56,614 nt of DNA from a virus (Duplodnaviria; Caudoviricetes): positions 1 through 56,614 of the IMG/VR virus record IMGVR_UViG_3300031774_000018; one strand, given 5' to 3'. This document shows positions 47,701 to 56,614 of the stretch, one piece after another. The notes below the pieces were generated by a model, which was given only the letters and a program-made list of their open reading frames with translations, had not been told where the DNA came from and made no database searches. The position numbers and the translations under genes are program-made. Within the stretch, counting starts at the first letter, position 1; each line of letters starts with the position of its first letter.

Positions 47701-49158
47701 CCTACTGGACCAAGTGGACCTACAGGACCATCAGGACCTACAGGAACTACAGGTACTGGTATTACAATGGAAGGACAAGTTGCTGGAACAGGTAACTTAC
47801 CTTCGTCAGGTAATACAAAAGGTGATGCATATATAGTACAAGCAGACGATAGTTTACATATTTGGGATGGTTCAGCATGGGTAAGTGGTGGTTCTATTCA
47901 AGGACCTGCAGGTTCCACAGGACCAACAGGACCTACTGGACCAAGTGGACCTACTGGTAGTACAGGACCTACTGGACCGGGTGGTGCAGCAGGAGATGAT
48001 GGAGACAAAGGTCAGAAGGGTGAAGTAGGAGCAGGTGGTTCAACTGGACCAGCAGGACCTACAGGCTCAGGTGGACCTACAGGACCAAGTGGACCTACAG
48101 GTGCAAAAGGACAAAAAGGTGAAGTAGGTGGTACAGGACCTACTGGACCCGGTGGTAGTACAGGTGGTACTGGACCTACTGGACCCGGTGGTTCAGCAGG
48201 AGCAAAAGGTCAGAAAGGTGAAGTAGGAGCCGGTGGTTCTACAGGACCAAGTGGACCTACAGGACCATCAGGAAGTAATGGTAGTAATGGCTCTAAAGGA
48301 CAAAAAGGTGAAGTAGGAGCCGGTGGTTCAACTGGTAGTACAGGTGGTACAGGACCTACAGGACCAAGTGGACCAACAGGACCTACAGGCTCCGGTGGTT
48401 CAACAGGAGCAAAAGGACAGAAAGGTGCTCCGGGCTCAACTGGTGGAACAGGACCTACAGGACCAACAGGACCTAGTGGTGGTACTGGACCTACTGGACC
48501 CGGTGGTGGTACTGGTTCTAAAGGACAGAAAGGTGCTCCGGGCTCAACTGGTGGAACAGGACCTACAGGTTCAAGTGGTGGTACAGGACCAACTGGACCA
48601 ACAGGACCAGCAGGAAGTAATGGTAGTAATGGTGGAACAGGACCTACAGGACCAAGTGGACCTACTGGACCAACAGGACCAACAGGACCATCAGGTTCTG
48701 GAATATCATCAAGTTCAAATACACAACTAAATAGTTTAGGTGTTAATACTGGTGCATCAGGAACAGCAGGTGAGATTAGAGCAACTAATAATATTACTGC
48801 TTATTACTCAGATGAAAGATTAAAAGACTTTGAAGGACCTATTGAGAATGCTTTAGAAAAAGTATTACAATTAGGTGGTTACTACTTCCGAGAAAACGAA
48901 GTAGCTAAAGAGTTAGGATATGATAATGATGAAAGACAAGTTGGTCTTAATGCTCAAGAAGTTCAAGCTGTTCTACCAGAGGTAGTTACAGAAGCTCCGA
49001 TTGATGATAATTATCTAACAGTCTGGTATGAGAAGTTAGTACCTCTATTAGTTGAAGCTATAAAAGAATTAGCTATGGATTCACATCCTCCTAAATGTTT
49101 AGAAGATATAGAAGGCTATGAGAACTTAATCGAAAGAGTAGAAAAGTTAGAGGAATAA
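44728..49158 (+). CDS. Tail fibre with internal repeats, collagen-like domain and C-terminal S74-type chaperone
   Basis: N-terminal GHSHDG, repeated [22 protein letters not shown] units, long Gly-X-Y region, YYSDERLK...[16 protein letters not shown]...[15 protein letters not shown]. Confidence 0.9.
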   Translation: MATYTRQSSFSDGDSITAALFNDEFNQLVNTFHVSTGHSHDGTTAGDGGPITVLYGNSLTFGTNAESDVVITFNAASNDGVLSWMEDEDYFKFSDDVYIDSDLTVTGNAVINGNLTFGNAATDTVSFGADIDSHIIPDDDDTYDLGSSTQQWRNAYIDGTLEADAITIGGATLAETISDTVGAMVSSNTESGITVAYDDSDNTLDFTVGTLNQSTTGNAATATALETARTIHGVSFDGTANIDLAEVIQDTVGAMVSSNTESGVTVTYQDADGTIDFTVASQTDENFTTADHAKLDGIEASATADQTDEEIQDIVGGMLTGNTETGITVTYQDADGTVDFVVASQTDENFTTADHSKLDGIEANATADQSDEEIEDIVGAMFSSNTETGITATYQDADGTIDLVVGTLNQDTTGNAATATALETARTIHGVSFDGTSNIDLSEVVQDTVGAQLATNGSHTNLTATYDDAGDGAVDLAITDSTIRGKVSVTDSGGDGSLAYNNSTGVITYTGPSAAEVRAHLSAGTGITYSGGAISIGQAVGTSSNVSFGNLTLSGNLTVNGTTSTVSSTNTTISDNLLELNNGASSNSNDSGIVIERGSTGDNAFMGWDESADGFILGTTTATGSSTGDLTITAGNLQTAAISATNITVSGTVDGRDVATDGTKLDGIEASATADQTNAEIRTAVEAATDSNVFTDADHSKLNAIEASADVTDATNVGTALTAFSTATDAASSDLVPYYDVTAGAWEKGTIANVALQGNKGQKGELGVTGPSGPTGPTGSTGPTGPTGSKGQKGEVGAGGSTGSTGSAGSKGQKGEVGVGGSTGPTGPTGPSGAASDGSKGQKGEVGAGGSTGPSGPTGSTGPSGSNGSAGAKGQKGEVGTTGPTGPSGPTGSGGSAGDDGDKGQKGEVGAGGPTGAGGSTGPTGPTGPSGPSGSGGSTGAKGQKGEVGAGGPTGSTGPTGPSGPSGSAGSNGDKGQKGEVGAGGSTGSTGPTGPSGPTGPSGPTGTTGTGITMEGQVAGTGNLPSSGNTKGDAYIVQADDSLHIWDGSAWVSGGSIQGPAGSTGPTGPTGPSGPTGSTGPTGPGGAAGDDGDKGQKGEVGAGGSTGPAGPTGSGGPTGPSGPTGAKGQKGEVGGTGPTGPGGSTGGTGPTGPGGSAGAKGQKGEVGAGGSTGPSGPTGPSGSNGSNGSKGQKGEVGAGGSTGSTGGTGPTGPSGPTGPTGSGGSTGAKGQKGAPGSTGGTGPTGPTGPSGGTGPTGPGGGTGSKGQKGAPGSTGGTGPTGSSGGTGPTGPTGPAGSNGSNGGTGPTGPSGPTGPTGPTGPSGSGISSSSNTQLNSLGVNTGASGTAGEIRATNNITAYYSDERLKDFEGPIENALEKVLQLGGYYFRENEVAKELGYDNDERQVGLNAQEVQAVLPEVVTEAPIDDNYLTVWYEKLVPLLVEAIKELAMDSHPPKCLEDIEGYENLIERVEKLEE
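46999..48700 (+). repeat. Collagen-like (Gly-X-Y)n coding repeat
   Basis: GGA CCT ACA-type 9-nt repeats; 14 G-x-K-G-Q-K-G motifs; one globular interruption at about 47760-47900. Confidence 0.95.
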
Positions 49159-49159
49159 T

Positions 49160-49756
49160 ATGTCTTGGTTAGTTAGAAACTTAACAAAACAAGAAGTTAA
49201 AAACTTTGGAAAGGATGGAACTTTTAGAAGTTTATATGATTCATCTAAAGCCGGGTTTGATACAGATTCTAATTATGATTATCCTGTATCAGGTTTAAAT
49301 GATGAGCAGAAACTAGAACATTGGCATGGTAAAGTTTTAAGTTATGCTACTCCTTGTACAGTAAAGAATGATTCTGGAGAAGACTATGACCATTATTGTC
49401 TTGGATTATTTCAAGATAATTATTTAGTTTATATATTTTTAGGTTATTACGATGATACTGATACTTCATATAATGATGTTTTTGGTATAGCAAGAGGAGA
49501 CCAAGCAACAGGAAGCAAAGCTTATTTATTTATGAAAGAAGCTAACAACGCTAAATATGATTTTTATAAAAACTTAGGTGCTAATAAATTACATTCTTAT
49601 TGTACTCCAGATGGAGAACTTCTTAAAACCTTACAAAGTTCAGAAGCTTATAGTGAAACAGGACAATATATTTTAGATTTTAGTAGCTTAACAGTTACAG
49701 ACCATACAGACAGAACAGGAACAGCAATGAAAAAGGTAACATATAATTTCAAATGA
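49160..49756 (+). CDS. Hypothetical protein
   Basis: 198 aa downstream of the tail fibre, GAGGA RBS. Confidence 0.6.
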   Translation: MSWLVRNLTKQEVKNFGKDGTFRSLYDSSKAGFDTDSNYDYPVSGLNDEQKLEHWHGKVLSYATPCTVKNDSGEDYDHYCLGLFQDNYLVYIFLGYYDDTDTSYNDVFGIARGDQATGSKAYLFMKEANNAKYDFYKNLGANKLHSYCTPDGELLKTLQSSEAYSETGQYILDFSSLTVTDHTDRTGTAMKKVTYNFK

Positions 49757-50499
49757 GCACACTAAGTAATACAGTTTCAGCAGATGGCATTAGAGATGTC
49801 ATGGAAGACTTAAATAGTAATGGTGGTGGAGATGCAGTACCTATAAATGGTGATTATATCTCAGACAGATTTACTAAAATAAATGGAAGTGCCAACACAA
49901 GTAATAGCACAAGTGATACTGCTACTAAACAATATGCAGATGCAAAGTCTACTTTTGCAATTAATGCAGGTACTGCTAACTGGACAACTGGCTCAGGTAA
50001 AAGTGCAATAAATTGGTCAGCAGTTGGTTGGGGAACTTCTGGTGGAACAACATCAGCGACAGGAGGTGGCTCTGGTTCTCAAATAGGAACACTCTACGAT
50101 GGAAGTTCATCTTATACAAGTAGTGTTTTACCTTTTAATAACTTGTCCTCATCATTTGAATCAAGTAAAGATTTATGTTATGTAGGATATCAGGGAAGCT
50201 TAACTGGTGCTGGTGGATTTACTACTGTTTTAGTATTCGAAGGTAGTAATGCAGGAACATCGGATTCAGATTGGACTAATGTGTATTTTAAGGTAGATTC
50301 AACAGGTAGTTCTGGTGGAGTTGATTATGCTCCGGGAAATGCAGGTAGAACTTATGCAAGAAGTGCTGCTACAGTTACAACAGTAAGTGGTAGAATTGTT
50401 TATAAATGGGCTCTTTCCTTAACTGATTTCTCAACAGTAGTCTATAATGGTGCTTTAATTAGTGGTGTTGAATTTAATAGTTTTGTTTCTTTTGATTAA
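49753..50499 (+). CDS. Gly/Ser/Thr-rich protein, possible fibre-tip adhesin
   Basis: 248 aa, beta-type composition, tail module context. Confidence 0.5.
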   Translation: MSTLSNTVSADGIRDVMEDLNSNGGGDAVPINGDYISDRFTKINGSANTSNSTSDTATKQYADAKSTFAINAGTANWTTGSGKSAINWSAVGWGTSGGTTSATGGGSGSQIGTLYDGSSSYTSSVLPFNNLSSSFESSKDLCYVGYQGSLTGAGGFTTVLVFEGSNAGTSDSDWTNVYFKVDSTGSSGGVDYAPGNAGRTYARSAATVTTVSGRIVYKWALSLTDFSTVVYNGALISGVEFNSFVSFD

Positions 50500-50505
50500 T
50501 TAAAT

Positions 50506-50534
50506 TTGACAAGATGTAAACTAGATGTTATACT
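50506..50534 (+). promoter_or_regulatory. sigma70-type promoter for the collagen-modifying enzyme gene
   Basis: TTGACA-N17-TATACT with TGn extended -10; GAGGTG RBS follows. Confidence 0.75.
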
Positions 50535-50552
50535 AGTACTTGAGGTGAAAGC

Positions 50553-52385
50553 ATGAAAAAACTAGTAATATCTTTAGATAGAAGACAAGATAGAAAGAAG
50601 TTATTTAATTTAAATCAGTTAGAAGATTTTAAATATATAAGAGCTATAGATTATAAGACAGAAAACTTTAGAAATATAGAGGTTGATGTTAATTGGAAAG
50701 ACCCTTTTAAAGATAGACCAATATTAAAAAGTGAAGTAGCTTGTTTCTTATCCCATAAAAAAGCATGGTTAGAGTGTATAAGATTAAACGAACCAGTTAT
50801 AATTTTAGAAGATGATGCTGTTATAAATAATAATTGGGATGAAGATTATTTTAAAGAATTAATAGATACATATGATTTTGTGTATCTACAAAGAAACGAG
50901 AATGAACCTGATAAAGTTATAAGTATAGATGATAAACTTGAGAAACCTTTTTATCCTTATAATTTAACATCTTATATAATAACACCTAGAACAGCTTCAA
51001 CTTTAATATATAATATTAATAAGATAATACCAGCAGATGAATATGTTCCTAGTATGATAAATAAATTTAATACTGTAGCTTTAAAAGAAGATGCTTGTAA
51101 TCAATTATCTAGAGATGAAAGTTATAGTGATATAGAAGCATCAGAACCTTTTAAAAATTTTACTGTTCATCCTATAACAGTAGGTTCTGATAGAAAGAAA
51201 TGTATTAAGATAAATACTAGTGCTAAATACTGTGGTATAGATATAAAGAATATCGGCATTAATGTAGACTGGAAAGGTACTGATATGTCTGGTCCGGGTG
51301 GTGGAATGAAAGCCAACCTTTTAAAAGAATATGTCAACACTTTACCAGACAATGATATAGTTTTATTTACAGATGCATATGATGTTTTTTATATTGATAA
51401 TCTAGAAACTATAACAGATAGGTATTTAGATTTTGGATGTAAGGTTTTATTTTCAGCAGAACTATATTGTTATCCTGATAATAATTTAGCAGAACAATTT
51501 CCTATATCTGAAACACCTTATAGATATTTAAATAGTGGTACATTTATAGGAGAGGTAGGAGAACTTAAAAAAATGTTTGCTTCTGCCGATGTAGCTGATG
51601 ATGGTGATGACCAATTATATTATCAGAAATTATTTTTAAGTAATCAGTTTGATATTAAATTAGATTATGAAGGTTATATCTTTCAAACTCATGAAGAGAA
51701 TTTAAATAAGAGTATAACTGGACAACTATATAATCCTCAGACAAATTGCTGCTCTTGTATTTATCATGGTAATGGTGGTGATAATACAAAAGAAAATTTC
51801 AATAAGTTATATGATTTATTTTACAAACCATCTACAAAATATTTTATACCTCAGCTAGATAAATTTGATATAATTGAAAAGGATATGCTTCTAGTTGATT
51901 TTATGACACAAGAACAATGTGAAAGATTAATAGAATTAGCAGATGCTGATGGTAGTTGGGATAGTTTATCTTATGATAAATTTCCAGCACAAGAAATTAG
52001 AATGAAAAAATTAGGTTTGTGGGAAGAATTAGAAAAACATTGGCAAAATAATATTGTTCCTTTAGTTGAAAAATATTGGAAGCCTATGGAGATGTACGGA
52101 TTAAGAGATGCATTTATAATGAAATATACTCCAGAGACACAAAGAGAATTAGCTTTACATACAGATGCTAGTTTAGTTACAGGAAGTATAAAATTAAATG
52201 ACGACTATGAAGGTGCAGAATTAGTTTATCCTAGACAAAATATTAGTAACAAAGATGTTCCAGTTGGTAAAGCTATTTTATTTCCGGGGACAGTAACACA
52301 TGGACATGAATGTTTGAAGTTAAAAAAAGGAACTAAGTATAGTTTAACTATATGGTCAAACAGATATCCCGGAGATAGTATATAA
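50553..52385 (+). CDS. Fused GT25 glycosyltransferase + PLOD-type glycosyltransferase + 2OG-Fe(II) lysyl-hydroxylase-like enzyme
   Basis: ISLDRRQDR, EVACFLSH, ILEDD (GT25); GGGMK, FTDAYDV, FSAE..CYPD, YLNSG.FIG, DDQLYY, HGNG (PLOD GT); F..KY.P..Q..L..HTDAS, LNDDYEG, FPG.VTH.H, G.KY (PLOD hydroxylase). Confidence 0.85.
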   Translation: MKKLVISLDRRQDRKKLFNLNQLEDFKYIRAIDYKTENFRNIEVDVNWKDPFKDRPILKSEVACFLSHKKAWLECIRLNEPVIILEDDAVINNNWDEDYFKELIDTYDFVYLQRNENEPDKVISIDDKLEKPFYPYNLTSYIITPRTASTLIYNINKIIPADEYVPSMINKFNTVALKEDACNQLSRDESYSDIEASEPFKNFTVHPITVGSDRKKCIKINTSAKYCGIDIKNIGINVDWKGTDMSGPGGGMKANLLKEYVNTLPDNDIVLFTDAYDVFYIDNLETITDRYLDFGCKVLFSAELYCYPDNNLAEQFPISETPYRYLNSGTFIGEVGELKKMFASADVADDGDDQLYYQKLFLSNQFDIKLDYEGYIFQTHEENLNKSITGQLYNPQTNCCSCIYHGNGGDNTKENFNKLYDLFYKPSTKYFIPQLDKFDIIEKDMLLVDFMTQEQCERLIELADADGSWDSLSYDKFPAQEIRMKKLGLWEELEKHWQNNIVPLVEKYWKPMEMYGLRDAFIMKYTPETQRELALHTDASLVTGSIKLNDDYEGAELVYPRQNISNKDVPVGKAILFPGTVTHGHECLKLKKGTKYSLTIWSNRYPGDSI

Positions 52386-52627
52386 TGGATTTTAATATTT
52401 ATTTATTTTGGAATATATTTATAACTTTAGTTTTAGCACCTTTAATGTTTGGTATTAGAAAAAACGAAACTGAGGCTAAAAGAATTGATATATTAGTTAA
52501 TAAAACTAGAGAAGAAATGGCTAGAGATTATATAACAAAACAAGAAGTTAGAAATGATATGAATAGTTTAATGGATAGATTAGAAAAGCTACATGAAAAA
52601 GTAGATAAATTATTTGAAGTAAAGTGA
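52385..52627 (+). CDS. Small membrane-anchored coiled-coil protein
   Basis: N-terminal TM, TREEMARDYITK segment. Confidence 0.65.
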   Translation: MDFNIYLFWNIFITLVLAPLMFGIRKNETEAKRIDILVNKTREEMARDYITKQEVRNDMNSLMDRLEKLHEKVDKLFEVK

Positions 52628-52648
52628 GTTTAGAGGAAGGTAATAACA

Positions 52649-55600
52649 ATGGCAAGTAAAAAGAAATATACACCTAAGTACAAAGCTAAGAGATTAGATA
52701 TGCGTAAAGGTGGACAAGTTAGAAAACAATATGCAGTAGGTGGACCTAATGAGGATGGTATGAAGAGATATCCACAGGATGAAATGAGTATTAAACTGCC
52801 CGGTGGTAAGAAACCAATAATAGGAGTACCAAAACCTATAGACAAAACTCCAACTGGATATGATGATACTCCTAAATCTATCGTAGATAACTCTATAGGA
52901 GCTACACAAACAGGACCAACTTTTAAACCTACCCCTTGGAATATAACTGACCCAACAACTGAGGTTGGTGATACTCCTGATGCTGAGACAAAAAATCCAG
53001 TTAAAGGAAGAAAAAATCGTAACTATCCTCCAGATGACTCTGGTGATTGGGTTTGGGATGATGAACAAGGTGAATGGTTTTATACTGGAGATGGAACTCC
53101 GGGTGGTGGCAATGATACAGTTGCAATAAATAAAGGAGAAGGTGACCCTTATAGAGATGATAGGGTTGTAAGAACTGGACAAACAGCAGAAGAAACTGCA
53201 GCAGGTAGACAATCTCCAGATTTACCACAAGTTCCAATGGCTAAGAAAATTGGAAGAGCAGGAACTGAAATAGATATTAAAGATGATAGATATCGAATGA
53301 CTTCACCAGAAGACGCAGGTGCTCGAGGTGTAGGTCCTTTTGGTACAGAGGTAGTAACTACTAAAGATACTTCTACAGCAAGCCTACAGGATGAGAGAGG
53401 AGTTTCTAAAGTTGGTAGAGACCAGTTAAGAACATTAGGTGATGAAGAAATAAATCTTACAGCAGCAGAAAGAGCAGCTCGTGGTATGGGTCCTGCTGAA
53501 CAACAGACTCTTACAGATACAAGAGATAATGCAGTTGTTACAAGAACATTAGCAAAATTAGATAAAGCTCCAACTGTAGAGGCATTGATTTCTGGAGAAG
53601 CTTTTGTTCCTAATATATTAAATGGTTATCAAGCTTCTCAAGTAAATATTACTCCTGATGCAGAAAAACAAATTCGTAATGCTATCGTAGATAATTCAAA
53701 TATTGATAGGAATGCAGCAGCAATCGCTGAGAATGCTCTTAGTATTATAAACTATGATGCTATTACACAAACTAGAAAATTAACAGGAGAAGCTGCTAAA
53801 GGAAGTGCTGTCACTATGATAGCAGAGACAGCAGAAATTCCACAAGATATAGCTGCTGCTATTGTAGAAGACCCTGCAACTGTAGAAGCTCAAATAGATA
53901 ATGAACCAGTAGAAATTCAAGCTGCAGTAGCTGCTTTACCAGCAGAAGCTTTAGTATCTTCACAAATGGAATCATTACTTGCTGGTGTTGAGACAGGAGA
54001 AGTTCCAATATGGGCTAGACCTGCTATTGATGCTATTGATGCTAGAATGGTAGAGAGAGGCTTAGAAGCTTCAACAATAGCTAGAGTACCTTTACTTAAT
54101 GCTATTATACAAAGTACATTACCTATAGCTCAATCTAATGCACAAGCTTTACAAGCTAGAGCTGCTCAGAATTTAAGTAATCAGCAACAAGTTAATTTAT
54201 CTAAAGCTAATAACGAACAACAAATAAGATTAGCTAACTTAGCAAACAGACAAGGTGCTGAAACTCAGACTGCTCAGATGTCTCAGCAAATGAGAGGAAT
54301 GCAAAGTCAATTTGCACAGCAAGCTATATTAACTGGTGAGCAACAACAACAACAAACTGCCTTACAGAATTTAGAGAACAGACAACAGGCAGCTTTAGTT
54401 CAAAGTCAAAATGCACAAGCAATAGCTTCTCAAGAATTAGGTAATACACAACAGATTAATCTAGCTGAATTACAAATTGAAGCACAACAAGAAGGTGCTA
54501 ATCAGTCAGCACAGAACCAACAAAAATTAGTAGAGTATCAGACTGCTGCAGACTTCTTATCTAAGAATGCTGGTTTTAAACAGCAGATGGATTTAGCTAA
54601 CTTATCAGAAGAAAATAAGATAAGGCTAGCAAATCTATCAGCTCGTAATCAAGCAGATGCTGACCAATTAAATTCTAATGAAAGAATAGAGTTAGCTAAT
54701 TTAAATAAAAGAATGCAGGTTAATACTCGTAATGCAGAATTAGCACAGCAAATGGGTGTAGCCCAACTTAATGTCGAACAACAAAGAGCTATGCAAAATG
54801 CTCAGATGGTTTCCAATATGGATATGACTAAGTTTACTACAGCTCAACAAGTAGAGTTAGCTAATAGTAAATGGATGCAATCTACTACTATGGCAAATAT
54901 GAACTCTGAACAACAATCTATTATTCAAGAAGCTACATCATTAGCACAATTAGATGTTGCTAATCTAAGTGTTAGAGAAAGAGTCCAAGTAGAAAATGCT
55001 AAGAACTTTTTACAATATGATATGGCAAATCTAAACAATGACCAGCAATCTAGAGTTTTAAAAACTCAATTACAACAACAGAGATTACTGTCAGACCAGT
55101 CTGCTCAGAATGCTGCTGTACAATTTAATGCTACTAGTGAGAATCAAGTTAATCAATTCATGCAACAACTTGGTGCTAATATGGAACAGTATAATGCTTC
55201 TGCTCAAAATAATATGAAGCAGTTTAATGCTACTAGTAATAATTCTGCCGAAGCTAGAAGAGTTGGTAATAACTTACAAGCTGCATCATTAGATGCTCAG
55301 TTAGCTACAGATGTTTCTAAGTTTAATGCTGAGAAAGAATTTATAAGAGACCAATTTAATGCACAACAAAATACAGTAATCGCACAGTCTACTGTTGACT
55401 GGAGGCGTAAAGCTAATACTGCTGATACTGCTGCTTTTAATGCAGTTAATCAACAGAATGCTCAGAACGCTTTTAATTTATCTGCATCAGCAAATAATTT
55501 CTTATGGCAAGAACTAAGAGATGAAGCTGATTTTGATTTCAAGAGATGGGATAATGACCAACAAAGGAAGACTTCCTTACTCGTAGCTGCTTTAGGAAAC

Positions 55601-55681
55601 GAGCAGGGTGTAAATGAAAAAGGTAAATGGGATGATAATATATCAGCTCTATATAATTTATTTAGTGCTTGGGTTGATTAA
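52649..55681 (+). CDS. Large Gln/Ala/Asn-rich internal virion (ejection) protein
   Basis: 1010 aa; disordered N-terminus, long helical Q/A/N repeats (LANL, QFNA). Confidence 0.7.
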   Translation: MASKKKYTPKYKAKRLDMRKGGQVRKQYAVGGPNEDGMKRYPQDEMSIKLPGGKKPIIGVPKPIDKTPTGYDDTPKSIVDNSIGATQTGPTFKPTPWNITDPTTEVGDTPDAETKNPVKGRKNRNYPPDDSGDWVWDDEQGEWFYTGDGTPGGGNDTVAINKGEGDPYRDDRVVRTGQTAEETAAGRQSPDLPQVPMAKKIGRAGTEIDIKDDRYRMTSPEDAGARGVGPFGTEVVTTKDTSTASLQDERGVSKVGRDQLRTLGDEEINLTAAERAARGMGPAEQQTLTDTRDNAVVTRTLAKLDKAPTVEALISGEAFVPNILNGYQASQVNITPDAEKQIRNAIVDNSNIDRNAAAIAENALSIINYDAITQTRKLTGEAAKGSAVTMIAETAEIPQDIAAAIVEDPATVEAQIDNEPVEIQAAVAALPAEALVSSQMESLLAGVETGEVPIWARPAIDAIDARMVERGLEASTIARVPLLNAIIQSTLPIAQSNAQALQARAAQNLSNQQQVNLSKANNEQQIRLANLANRQGAETQTAQMSQQMRGMQSQFAQQAILTGEQQQQQTALQNLENRQQAALVQSQNAQAIASQELGNTQQINLAELQIEAQQEGANQSAQNQQKLVEYQTAADFLSKNAGFKQQMDLANLSEENKIRLANLSARNQADADQLNSNERIELANLNKRMQVNTRNAELAQQMGVAQLNVEQQRAMQNAQMVSNMDMTKFTTAQQVELANSKWMQSTTMANMNSEQQSIIQEATSLAQLDVANLSVRERVQVENAKNFLQYDMANLNNDQQSRVLKTQLQQQRLLSDQSAQNAAVQFNATSENQVNQFMQQLGANMEQYNASAQNNMKQFNATSNNSAEARRVGNNLQAASLDAQLATDVSKFNAEKEFIRDQFNAQQNTVIAQSTVDWRRKANTADTAAFNAVNQQNAQNAFNLSASANNFLWQELRDEADFDFKRWDNDQQRKTSLLVAALGNEQGVNEKGKWDDNISALYNLFSAWVD

Positions 55682-55696
55682 TTAAAGGAGAATATA

Positions 55697-56614
55697 ATGT
55701 TAAAGAAAATAGGTAAAAAAATAGGAAGTGCCTTTAAAAAAGTTGGCAAGAAACTTAAAAAGGGTTTAAAGAAAGTAGCAGGAAAGTTTGCTGAACTAGG
55801 ACCTTTAGGTAGTATTGCATTATCTTTTGTGGTACCTACTATTGGACAATGGTTCCAAGGACTCCCTGATGGAGGATTCTTAAAGACTGTAGCAGATGGT
55901 GTATCAAGTACTGTAGGTGCAGTTAAAAATGGTGTAGGTAAAGTATTCAATAGAATTACAGACGCTGTTGAAACTGGATTAAATGGTATTGCTGCACCCT
56001 TTACTAAGGCAGGTATGAATGAGAGAGGATTCGGTAGTGCACTTAGAGATGGTATTAGTAATTTAACTGGTGGCTTCATAGAAGGTTCTGATAAATCATA
56101 TGTAGTAGATGGCACGACTATAGATGTAAAAAATGCTAAAGGTAGTAGAAAGGCTGGTGGTTTGACTAAAGATGAAAGAGCAATAAATAGAAGCAACGCT
56201 AAGTTAGAAGCAAATAAATTAAAAGTAGCTAAAGATGATTCTTTAAACAACATAATGCAGGGAACTGACGAGGGTAAGACTCTATTAGAATCTGGAGATT
56301 TAAGTAGAAAACAAATGAGAGATTTAAAGAAAGTAGGAAAATTAGAAAAGGCTCAAGCTGGTGATGGATATTCCTTTACTAATTATAAAGAGCAATCATA
56401 TACTAAACCAACTAAACTAAAGATAGACTCAAGAAAATGGAATAAAGAAGTAGAGCAGAAATGGTATCATTCAGGTAAAGGAAGTACAGGATATAATCCA
56501 TCCCTTGACACAGGAGGTCCTGCATTCTTAGATAGTAGTACTCATGGAATTATGGAACCATCAGGCTCAGCAAATTGGAGAGAGCATGTTAGAGATAGTA
56601 AAGAATTTACAGTA
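55697..56614 (+). CDS. 5' part of wrap-around putative ejection protein
   Basis: AAGGAG RBS, ATG at 55697 (MLKKIGKKIGSAFKKVGKKLKK...), open to window end, continues as 2..847. Confidence 0.8.
   Translation, partial: MLKKIGKKIGSAFKKVGKKLKKGLKKVAGKFAELGPLGSIALSFVVPTIGQWFQGLPDGGFLKTVADGVSSTVGAVKNGVGKVFNRITDAVETGLNGIAAPFTKAGMNERGFGSALRDGISNLTGGFIEGSDKSYVVDGTTIDVKNAKGSRKAGGLTKDERAINRSNAKLEANKLKVAKDDSLNNIMQGTDEGKTLLESGDLSRKQMRDLKKVGKLEKAQAGDGYSFTNYKEQSYTKPTKLKIDSRKWNKEVEQKWYHSGKGSTGYNPSLDTGGPAFLDSSTHGIMEPSGSANWREHVRDSKEFTV
56041..56614. repeat. Right copy of imperfect terminal direct repeat
   Basis: Aligns to 1-589. Confidence 0.95.

Noticed and set aside
46999-48730. Collagen DNA repeats as a repeat element; alternative-frame ORFs 47100..47435 and 48323..48730
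   Set aside because: By-products of Gly-X-Y codon periodicity.
55678-56253. 191-aa minus-strand ORF
   Set aside because: Antisense shadow of the real plus-strand gene starting at 55697.

Overview
This window is an essentially complete, circularly permuted genome (about 56.0 kb, AT-rich) of a lytic podovirus-type dsDNA phage, probably marine; the host is not determinable from sequence alone. The ends overlap imperfectly (1-589 vs 56041-56614). Early and replication genes run on the minus strand (about 33300 to 15865): small ORFs, SSB, primase-helicase, family A DNA polymerase, nucleases, NrdAB, oxygenase, cupin and cytidylyltransferase. Late genes run on the plus strand (34371 through the join to 15740): terminase, portal, scaffold, capsid, tail, collagen-like fibre, internal virion proteins, lysis genes, a CsgF-CsgG-curlin-like-FecR-CHASE2 cyclase module and Hsp20. 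I recognised no RNA polymerase, integrase, tRNA or CRISPR array; transcription appears to use host sigma70-type promoters. Main findings: (1) a 1.1-1.5 kb imperfect fold-back at the early/late junction whose mismatches are strongly G.T-wobble-compatible on the + strand only, and which rebuilds a promoter for two early genes; (2) a fused GT25 + PLOD-type glycosyltransferase + lysyl-hydroxylase-like enzyme beside a collagen fibre carrying 14 KGQKG motifs; (3) a canonical -1 frameshift cassette that would append a lytic transglycosylase-like domain to a virion protein; (4) the curli-pore/cAMP signalling module; (5) a ROSE-like thermometer on hsp20; (6) a DnaA box followed by an 11-bp phased TTAAC array. 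All family calls rest on motif recognition by eye, not database searches.
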